From contig ML992514.1 in assembly GCA_010093995.1 (NCBI GenBank), forward strand, positions 62,001-126,000: a stretch of 64,000 nt of DNA. Direction: 5' to 3'. The position numbers and the translations under genes are program-made. The first letter of the stretch is position 1; each line of letters begins with the position of its first letter. This DNA is from Elsinoe ampelina (taxonomy: Eukaryota). Under the pieces are notes generated by a model. That model was not told the origin of the DNA and made no database searches. It saw only the letters and a program-made list of their open reading frames with translations. Below, one piece after another: positions 35,600 to 45,300 of this stretch.

Positions 35600-36420
35600 T
35601 CAGAAGCAATTCAACTTCGCCCAGAAACCCTTCTTCTTCTTCGGCATCCCCCCAAACCCTTGCGGTCCCTGCTTCAGACTCGGGCTCTTCTCCCCAAAAC
35701 TCCCCTCATGCTTCCCCGTCATCGGACTAGCAACAGGCGGCTGCACATGGCCCTGAGCATGCATGCGTCTCGCCTCGACAACCCTCCGCACCAACGCTGT
35801 TCACCACATCAGCCCCCGCTCATCCCTCGCAGTGTCCTCGGTTTCACGCAAAACTCACCACTAAACGTCTCCTCGACATTCACACACTCCCTCGCACTCG
35901 TCTCCATAAACCCATACCCCCTCCGCCTGGCCCACTCCAACCCCTCACTGGAACTCACCTCCCTCTCGGCGCCCAAATCACACTTATTCCCCACGACCAT
36001 GACGCCGGGCCAGACGGCGCCGCGCTCGCGCCTGTTCATGCACTCCTCCTCGACCATCCTCTCCCACACCCCGAGCATCTCCAGGCTCTGCCTCGAGGTG
36101 ATGCTGTACACGAGCAGGAACGCGTCGGCGTGCACGTTGCTGGCCGAGAACATGGAGCGGTATTCTTCCTGCCCGGCCGTGTCGGCGAGGTGCAGCGCGA
36201 AGGGTTGCCCGTCCACGGTGCGGGAGACGGTGTAGCTGTCTTCGATTGTGGGGTCGTAGTCGTGCGTCCACGCCCCGCGGACGATGCGGAGGGTGAGGGA
36301 GGATTTGCCTGGGTATGTGTCAGGGGCGGAGGGGGGAGGGATGGGGAGAGGGGGGAGAGGGGGGGGAAACGCACCGCAGCCGCCGTCGCCGCAGATGGTG
36401 ATGGTGAGGGAGTCGGCCAT
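35600..36420 (-). CDS. Ras-family small GTPase; 3 exons (introns 36309-36374, 35797-35858)
   Basis: G1 GDGGCGKS (after splicing), effector loop YDPTIEDSY, DTAGQEEY, NKCD and ETSA; ends KKKKGFWAKLNCF. Confidence 0.9.
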
Positions 36421-37246
36421 TTTGAGCGAGCGTCGGTGGGGGGGTGGAGTGGCAGGTGATGTGCTGGCGACGGTAGATGGTGTAGATGTCGGAGTAAACG
36501 AGTGGTGTGAAGTCAAGCAAGTAGGCAAAAAATCCTCCCAGCCTCAGAGCTGCAGCGCGCAGTGATCAAGCTTCGGTTCCCGAGAGAGCAGACGGGAGAA
36601 TTGAGCACAGATGGTCCCGTCGTGCACAAACACGTTCGTATCAATCGCAATCTTTTAGGCTGTCGCACAACGCACAGAGATGCAAAGTTGCGGTATCGTA
36701 CTCGAAACCAGAAAGCAGCGAACGACTGAACCTCTTGTACCTCATGTCCCGCCTGCGACTCAATGACGCCCCCCCTCGCGTGCTTCCTCGCAAAAGAAGA
36801 AAATCGTAGTTTCACCCACCAACGCTCCGCCCGGCTCTCGTTTCCCTCACCCAAGAAAGGTTTCTCGCGTGCCCACCTCAACTGCCACAGGCCCACAGGG
36901 TTGCCCGTTCGTCAAATCCTTCCCGCAAAAGAAAAAGTTCCACGCGGGCCGGTCGGGCAGTGAGGCATGCTTTCTTCGCGCTGAGAAAGAAGCCTGTGCC
37001 CTGCGCCTCTTGGGTGCAAGCGAGACGGCTTGGCGCCGGTTTGGCTGATCGTGGCGCTTGTGTCAGACGACGGGACTTTGTGGTCAGGGACGGCGGGTGT
37101 AGCGTGTCTTGCGTCAGAGTGGGAGAACGATACAGATGCGATCAGGACATGTCTTGGAGGGTTAGTCTTGCCTTGACGGTCACCGGACGCTGACAAAGTA
37201 GAAACAGAGCTTGTGCATTTCTTTCACTGACTATCGATCCTTGACA

Positions 37247-40132
37247 TTAGCTTTTGCCCTTGTAGTCGGTAGACCCTGGTCGTATGGGAGCAGGACTCCC
37301 GTTTGTTCTGTGACCCCATGGTACTATTCCGTCACTGACCGAGCGTCCGCTGGATCCGCTGCCTTTGCTCGCCTTGCGCTCATACTCGCCGTTTTGGTGA
37401 GGCATGTCCAGGTCATCCGTGAAGCCGCTGTATCCGCTTAGCATGGATGAACTGCGCTGACGTCCTCCCCATTGCTGGGACTGAAGAGGCGGGTGCACCA
37501 TGTTGGAAAAGGCCGGGAACTCGAATGGCTGCTGCACTGGTCCAAGCGGTCCATTCGTCCCTGGCAGATTACCTTCCGGAGTCGTTGGCTGCTGGAGATT
37601 GGCTGATGCTTCGACCGCTTCGAACTGCTGATAGAGTTGATTGGCCCTAATGGTAAAGTCTTCAGCTTGAGCGCGGGAACTATTGATCCAAAAAGCCATT
37701 TGCTCGGCGCGGCGGGCTCTCTCATCTCTCATCTCTGCTCGGGTCTGCTCGCGATGTTGACGACTAGTCATGTTGGCATTCTGCGCAGATAGCAGACGAT
37801 CGGTCTGTTCCTGGAGCTTCGTTCTACGGGTGTTGAGACGATCACGCTTTTGAGCAAGAGTTGAGATTTCCGCCTGGAGAGCAGCCAGATCCTTAGATGC
37901 GTCACATTTGGTCTTTTCAAAGTCCGATTTTGCAGCATTCTTTGCTTCGAGCGCTGCATCGTACGACTTGCGGCGTGCTGCAGAATAGTCGAGCTCATCC
38001 TTGGGGATGGCGCCCATGGTCTCAATCTCTTCCGCGATAGCATCGGTTGACTCTTTGGTCTGCTTGATCTGTTGCTGGATCTGCAGGTGACGTTGCTTGG
38101 ACTTTTCGTCTTGACCGCCTGCAGAGTTGACCTTGGCTTGCAACTGGTCGATCTCACGGCGAATGCCGGAAGCAGCAGTCTTGTGATCTTTGCGAGTTCT
38201 TTTGAGCTTGTTGCGGACTTCTTCGCGCTTGGCTTCGGCAGCAGCGATCGACTGTTTGAGCGTAGAGGTGGGTGACATGGGACGGAGCGCTTGGTGTTGA
38301 GGAGGAGCCGGGATTATCACGGCAGCTAGGATGGTCAGCAACGGGAACATATAATGACTACTGCAAGAAAAATAATCACCTTGCTCCATGTTGGGAGCTG
38401 GCAGAGTGACAAAATACGTCCGACAGATGATATGCTGATCATGCATCCTGACAAATTCGCAAGAGTACTTTGTCAGTGGCGAGAGCCCGTAGATCTCGCC
38501 TGACCATGCGATGTTCTCTGCGTCTTCAGTAGTGTCACCCACCGCTCCCCTGATCCTGGTCGAGCCCCAATCTGCACCGTTCAGGCGAACATAAAAAGGC
38601 TTCTGCTTGTCAATACCAGGGCTTGGAGGAACAATGTCGTCCGGAGATGATTGAGCATGCTCGGCAGCCGTGGCAAAAAGTTCCACCTTGAAATCAATCC
38701 GAGTTGGACTGATATCAAGGATCCATACTCTGTCGTTGGTCGGTTGCGGCGCAGGTAGACCATCCACCAAAGGCGTTCCCTCGGTCGTTTCGATAGCGTC
38801 ATTCAAGAGAGCTTTGTGCTCCATTTCTTTCATAAATGTTACTTTTGTACTGGCAATGGCAGCCCACAGAGGCTGCTGACTCCTGACTTGATTCGCCTGC
38901 TTTCGTTTCTTTCTACTGTTGGAAACCTTCTCCTTGCTGTCGCGAACGGCCGGCGAAGGCCCTGGTGACCGACCGTCCGTGCTCGCACTCACTGAGACGT
39001 CGGCGGAATCAAGGTTCAGCATGGCAAGTTTTCCAGAACTTTGTAGAGCAGCCTGCTCAGCATCCAATCGGTTAGCTTGGCGCTTCGCATTTGATGCGGC
39101 AAACCATCGTCGTATGAGAGTCAGTAGTCCCTGTGCTAGTATGTGACATCCAAGTATTAACCGCGACCATCCATGATTGATGGGGGTGGCCACTTGACCT
39201 TGCTCGGACCAGAAAGTGTCGGCCGAGAAATTTATGCCCAAGCTTCTGACAAATGTTCCAAAATACTGCAACGAAGTGATGTGAAATGTCTCGTAGCGGT
39301 AGATATGCGAAGTGACAATAATGGCACTACACACGGCTATGCTTCTTGTTGAGCTTCCAGTACCGGCTGCAGCACCGCTCAGTGATATGGCAATCACAGC
39401 TTGAGCTAGGTCCATGAGGATATTTCGCAGTCGAAGTGTGCAAACGAGGTAGATGGCGATCATAACAACATCTGTACACACCATTGTGAATGGTGAAGGT
39501 CCCCCTCCTGCAGTGCCTTGGAACCATGTCGAAGGGGAGAGTGTCGGGATGGTGAAAATGGAAGCCCAAGAGATGCCGGCTGCAGGGGGGACCAGGGTCA
39601 GGGAGATGAATAAGCTGTGGATGACGATGAGTAGAGTCGGCGGAAGAGACAGCAGGAGGATAAGGATGGCTATGGCATCTCGCATCGGACAGGCAGCGAG
39701 AATGGTGGCCGCGAGAGCCATTGACGAGGTCGCTTGGGAGGCCAAAGCCTTGAGAGTGGAAGCTTCCTTTGAGCATATTGTTTCACTACCAGAACGGTCG
39801 ACGACAGCAAGTTTGTGATTCATGTCGTCTGCATCGTCTGATGGTGTTCCAGCCGTGTCTGCTCCTGGCTCTTTTGCTTGTTCAACAACCTTATCTCCTG
39901 ATCCGCTTCCGTCAGAATCAGTAGCCTGGTAGTATTCTGGACGGGGGTAGACGATCCCCTGGTTTAAGCCAGTAGAAGGGAGAGGCGGAGGGGATTGAGT
40001 CGGTCTGCCGTTCGTATGTCCATTGGTGGTCGTGGGCTTATCCTTTGAGATTCGTTTGCCTGGTGCGGCCAGTCCGGTATCATTTCGTTTCTCGTGCTGA
40101 TTTGCGTGTTTAATCCTGCCCTTCGGCGGCAT
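37247..40132 (-). CDS. acrB: AcrB-like membrane/coiled-coil protein (ubiquitination network signalling); probable intron 38326-38379
   Basis: DAIAILILLLSLPPT transmembrane segment, KKRKQANQVRSQQPLWAAIASTKVT, FYVRLNGADW, IYGLSP and a long coiled coil. Confidence 0.75.
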   Translation of the reverse strand: MPPKGRIKHANQHEKRNDTGLAAPGKRISKDKPTTTNGHTNGRPTQSPPPLPSTGLNQGIVYPRPEYYQATDSDGSGSGDKVVEQAKEPGADTAGTPSDDADDMNHKLAVVDRSGSETICSKEASTLKALASQATSSMALAATILAACPMRDAIAILILLLSLPPTLLIVIHSLFISLTLVPPAAGISWASIFTIPTLSPSTWFQGTAGGGPSPFTMVCTDVVMIAIYLVCTLRLRNILMDLAQAVIAISLSGAAAGTGSSTRSIAVCSAIIVTSHIYRYETFHITSLQYFGTFVRSLGINFSADTFWSEQGQVATPINHGWSRLILGCHILAQGLLTLIRRWFAASNAKRQANRLDAEQAALQSSGKLAMLNLDSADVSVSASTDGRSPGPSPAVRDSKEKVSNSRKKRKQANQVRSQQPLWAAIASTKVTFMKEMEHKALLNDAIETTEGTPLVDGLPAPQPTNDRVWILDISPTRIDFKVELFATAAEHAQSSPDDIVPPSPGIDKQKPFYVRLNGADWGSTRIRGAVGDTTEDAENIAWSGEIYGLSPLTKYSCEFVRMHDQHIICRTYFVTLPAPNMEQGDYFSCSSHYMFPLLTILAAVIIPAPPQHQALRPMSPTSTLKQSIAAAEAKREEVRNKLKRTRKDHKTAASGIRREIDQLQAKVNSAGGQDEKSKQRHLQIQQQIKQTKESTDAIAEEIETMGAIPKDELDYSAARRKSYDAALEAKNAAKSDFEKTKCDASKDLAALQAEISTLAQKRDRLNTRRTKLQEQTDRLLSAQNANMTSRQHREQTRAEMRDERARRAEQMAFWINSSRAQAEDFTIRANQLYQQFEAVEASANLQQPTTPEGNLPGTNGPLGPVQQPFEFPAFSNMVHPPLQSQQWGGRQRSSSMLSGYSGFTDDLDMPHQNGEYERKASKGSGSSGRSVSDGIVPWGHRTNGSPAPIRPGSTDYKGKS

Positions 40133-41206
40133 CAGCGCGCCGCCAGCTCTTCAGAAATTACCACTGGTATGCTGAGGGATACAGCATTCGCCAGCGTCAA
40201 GATCCGAAGAGAGTGTAGAGTGGGAGTGAAAGACGGGTGGTGGGAGTTGATGGTTGTGTGTAAAATACTTGGACAGGCTAGATCGAATCTCGACATAGGG
40301 ATGCTGAAACGGCCTGCCAATGTCAGCCGAACCGCACGTGACCCTAGGGCCAGGAACGTGCAGTAGTAGGTGCAGGCGGAAAGGATGAATCAAGCTTTTT
40401 GCGCCCGAGAGAGCAGCGGAAATTTTTTGGAGTCACGTCTCCTCACCGTAGATTGGGTCACATACATGTTCTGCCTCGTACCATGTCGTTATGGTGAGCT
40501 ACCAGCGAGCTAGCTCTTCAAGCGCGGTGCCATTTCTCGCGGTGCACCAGCTGCTTTCAGGATCTGCAGAATGATCACCACGCCGATTTCCCTTCTCTGC
40601 TAGTACCGAGGTCGGCTTCTGGAGCCCACTCAGCATTCACGTCAAGCAAGTGGGATTTTCGTCTTGCTCTGGGGGATCGCTCGGAGGGCTTGTGTTCAGG
40701 CGGCTGTTCCTGTTTCTTTGCTCGCGGTCCACTTCTCGTTCCTGCTGCGCCGCTGACTTGCTTCGATGCACCCCGTCGATCACAAGGAAAACACGATTGT
40801 GCGTCGTGTGCTGTCGCATATTACCGTCACGTCGTCATTGGGTAGATTTTCATGGCGATCAAACAAGCATACGCTAGGTAGGTCGAGCATGTGGCCGCAA
40901 GCTTTTGCCCGCGTCGTTTGTGATGACACTGCACAAGCAGCTTTAGCACGGCGGGGAATCGATGATAAGACGAGGAGGCGGTGACTATCTCCTCATGATC
41001 CCTGCACCGCTATATTGCTATCTGACACATCCCGTCCACAAGAGGCTACTCTACGGAATTCTTCTCGTGTGCCGGAAATGCTGGATCATATTGACTGTCG
41101 CAGGAGACTACGGCACACCTGACGTCGACGCGACTCGATATGTAGGGCTCAAAGCTCCTCTCTGCGAATAGTATTCTCACATTGCTCGGCGGCAAGGCAG
41201 CACACA

Positions 41207-42247
41207 TCATCGTGTCCCACTCCCCATATCTTCTACCGCGTCTGGCCTGTCCCAAGTTTCCTGTTCTAAGCTCCGGACGCGTTTGAGCAAAACATGAACA
41301 CGTCTGCTATTCGACACCTTGGCCTCTTCCTGCAGGCGCCAGGTTTCTCGAAAGGCATCCACCATGAACGGCTTGAGAGGCGCCTTCTTGGCCTTTTGAT
41401 AGTCGTAGACCACAATGTCTTCTACACATCGTGCTGCTGGTCGTTGATGCAGCTCAGACAGGATCATGACGTCCAGAACGAATGAATCTGTTGCTGAAGT
41501 CGGCTCAGTTGCCAACTTGTGGTACACTGTGACACGATCTGGGTAAGTCATGGGCTGTCAGTATCAGCGCTGCATCTCCCAAGTCACGTTAGACCACCTT
41601 ACAAACTTGAAGTCTGTCTTTATGCTCCGTAAGATCAAGCCGACTCCTCGAGAAGTCATCAACTCCTTCCACTCTTTCTTGTGCGTGGGGTCGATGTGTG
41701 TGGCATAATTCTTCGACCAAAGTACTCGTCCCGATTCCGCATATCTGTTGTACACGACATTGTTGACGTGACCTTTGACTGTAAGTCTGACGCCGACATC
41801 TCAACTCACGATTGTTCATACCCTTCATGTGGTCTCAGTCCTGATCATGTTCAGATCCCAGTATTCCGGGTATCATAGCTTTGTACTTACCATGCTGTCC
41901 ATCTCTCCCCAAACCACAGCTTGCCTGAATAAGCCTCTTCGACCGGGTGCAGTGAGAAATCCTTCGCTGCCCGCGACAAGCTCTCTCCAATCTCTTGCTA
42001 TACTTTCAAGAATGGTTGTAGCGTCCTTGGTTTGTTCATTGTTCATGCCGAATGTAATGCACTTCCCGACTCTTGTCTTGACCTCCGAAAGCCATCTTGG
42101 AGGTAACGATGCAGTTGCCGGTTGTTGTGATGTAGAGTAATTCCCTCGAGCAGACGCGGTCAATAGCCCAGTTAGTGAACGGCACGCATGGTAGTAGGAT
42201 GGCGCGGGCAGGCAAAGTAGCGGCCTTTTAGGCACAGATACTCGCAT
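41207..42247 (-). CDS. Hotdog-fold thioesterase with a mitochondrial-type presequence; exons 42247-41891, probable 1-nt exon at 41822, 41772-41603, 41554-41207
   Basis: LPPRWLS..K.RVGKCITFG, WRELVAGSEGFL, VVWGEMDSM-G-HVNNVVYNRYAES, GLILRSIKTDFKF-PMTYPD and AARCVEDIVVYDY. Confidence 0.85.
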
Positions 42248-42328
42248 CGTACCCCAAAACATGCATGTGAAGCAGGAAGACAAACACTCAAGGCTCAATT
42301 GATGCGGGGCTCTGCGGGAAGAGGAGAG

Positions 42329-45300
42329 TGTCAACCTCGGCAAGAGCTGTGGTGCCAAGAAGGACCCTGATTCAGTGCATCCAAGGTTGAACTGAGCACT
42401 TATCAACGGTTACACCAATTCATGATCAATTTAGACGGTTATTGTCTTATTCTGTTAAAGCTTAGGAGTTCTGTCAATTTAGTTATCTCTTAGGTTATCA
42501 GGTTAAGTATTTATATAGTGAGAATCCACCTAATTTTAGTGGATTAGGCAGTAATAAATCTTCTCTTTCCCTACACATAAGTCAACAGTTATAAGCCCGG
42601 TATAACTACCCCTACACAAGCAGAGTATTTAGTTGTCTTTCTACTCTATTTATTGGTTTATTCTCTACTATTTCACTTTTTAAGTACTAGAATCTGTTAA
42701 GTACTGCCTTATCTATAACTATAGGATTTAGGTGTCAATAAAGAGATAAACAACTATAGATACTAACACACTAACAGCTAGAACACCTATTATTCTTGCT
42801 ATATTAGCTAAATAGGCTAGCTAGCTATATATTATTAAGACTAGAGCTTTAAACACTAAGATCTAGTACATTATTAATCCCTAATAGACTATTAAACTAG
42901 AAGGACTCCCTAAGCCTTAGAGGCTAGATATATCAGATCCTAACTTCTTAGCACTCTTCTAGATCTATAAGAAGGAGCAAGCTTAGTATAACAAGTAGTA
43001 CAAGGCCTTAGTAGATCTAGCTAGCCTTATTTAGTCATTAATTACACTATAAGTTCTTATAGTTATCTAACTAGAGGGAGATCCCTATCTATAGGCTATT
43101 CTTAGAGCATTAAAGAACAGATTTACACTATCTAATGCTATAATCTAGCTAGAGGTTAAAGCTCTCTAGAGGAGACAACTCTCTAGTCTATTATTATAGA
43201 ACATAGACTATTAGCTTTAGCAATAGGAAGAGGTTATAGACAAGGCTAGGAATTACAACCTACTAGAAGCTTAAGGCTTAAGGCTATAGAGAGACTTCTT
43301 ACTCTCTATCTTAAGGACTAAACTAGCATTTGCTAACAAATATCTTATTAATCTAGATTTACTAACCCTACTATTAATACTCGAGTTAATTACTAAGTTT
43401 AGACAGTTTTATAAACTTTATAAGCTATATAGTAGCATAAAGGCTAGCAAGGGAGCAATAGTATTCCCTATAGCTGCTAAGGACTCTATAAAAGAGCCTA
43501 GTCCTACTAGGGAGCCTAGATATATATACTAGAAGCGGTATAAGTAAAGCAAGTGCTATTACTTAAATAAGTATCTAAGGCTAGAAGGATAGTTACTAAA
43601 CTAATAGACCCTTAAGGAGGTTAAGTAAAGGCTTAATAATAAGGCCTTAAGGGAGAAGGTTAAAGCTATCCTTACTAAGGAGACTTACCTTTATAAGGGG
43701 TTATCTCTACTAGTACTAATTAACATAGCTATAACTATTAGATTACACTTAGCATTTATCTTAGCTACTAGTAATATCTTAAGTTTATAGATTCTAGATT
43801 CTAGAGCAACTAATCACATCTGTAATTACACTATAAAGGATAGATATAAGGTTACTAGACTTATAGAACCTTATAAGTAAATGTTCTATAGTAACACCGC
43901 TTTTATAATTAAGAGCTAGGGATTAATTACTATTATAGCTCTCTATAAGGGGTAGCTAGTAACTATCTAACTTATATAGGTAGCTTATATGCTATTAATA
44001 ATAACTAATCTAGTTAGCCTTAGGAGGTTCCTAAAGGGTAGAGTCTACTAGAACACTTAAACTATAGAGATTAATTACAAAGGGAGGGTACTCTTCTTAG
44101 TAACTCTAAAACATAATTAATATATAGTAGAGGATAACTCTAAAGCTCCTTATGCTATTACTATAGCTATAGGAGGCACTAGAGATTCTTATCTATTAGT
44201 ATTTACCTTAGTTATAACAAGGACTAATTAATCCTAGTATAAAGTTATAGGCTATCTAAGTATAGAGTCTATTAATTACCTCCTAACTACTATAGTTAGT
44301 AGTGAACTAACTTTAACTAAGTCTAACTCGTATTAACTAATTTATCTTAGGTTACTATATTAGACTTGTAAGCTATCAAATACTTAGAAGCTTATCTTAA
44401 GGAGCCCTAACACTAAGATTGTTACAACTAAGCCCTTTAAAAGGATCACCTTTAACATTATTGTTAATAGGTTTACTAGCTATAATAAGGCAAGGTATAT
44501 AAGCTATTTTGCCTATAGGGCTACTAACTATCACCTTATAAGTAGTTATACTTATAGATATAAGATTAATAAAATCTATATTAAGATAATTACTTATATT
44601 AAAAGCAATCTTAGCTTTAAGGTTAGATTTATTAGGAGTGACAATAAAGAGGCTTTTAGCCTTAGATTCACTATCTTCCTAGATAGTAAAGGTATCTAAA
44701 GAGAGCTATCTACTCTATACACTCTAGCATAGAATAGTCACAGTAAAAGGATAGGGTCTATACTATTAAGGAGAGTAAGGGTAGTAGCTATCTTTACTAA
44801 TCTTCTAAGGGAACTACACTCTAAACTATATAGGTTAGTAGCCTATCTAATAAATAGAACACCTCTTAAGAAGCTAGACTAGAAAACCCCCTTTAAGCTA
44901 GTTTATAGATGCCCTCTATCTATATCCTATCTTAGACTACTTAGATGCAAGGCTTATACCCTAGATTATTATATTATAAGTAGTAATAAGCTTGCACTAA
45001 GAGCATACATTAGTTACCTAGTTAGATATAACTTAACTAACATATTTAGGATCTTTATACTAGCCTTAAAGAAGGTTATTAGAACAAGGGATGTTAGATT
45101 TAATAAGACTTAGTTCTATAAGCTAGAGGAGCAGCCTTAGCCTTAGCCTATTAGACTACTTAATCTACTAAGACTACTATAGGAAGTTAAGGAGAATATA
45201 CCTTAACCTAAAGGGGTAACTAAAGGCCTATCTATACTATAGAATCTAGTTTAGAATCTAGTTTAGAATCCAGTTTAGAATCTAGCTTAGAATTCAGTTT

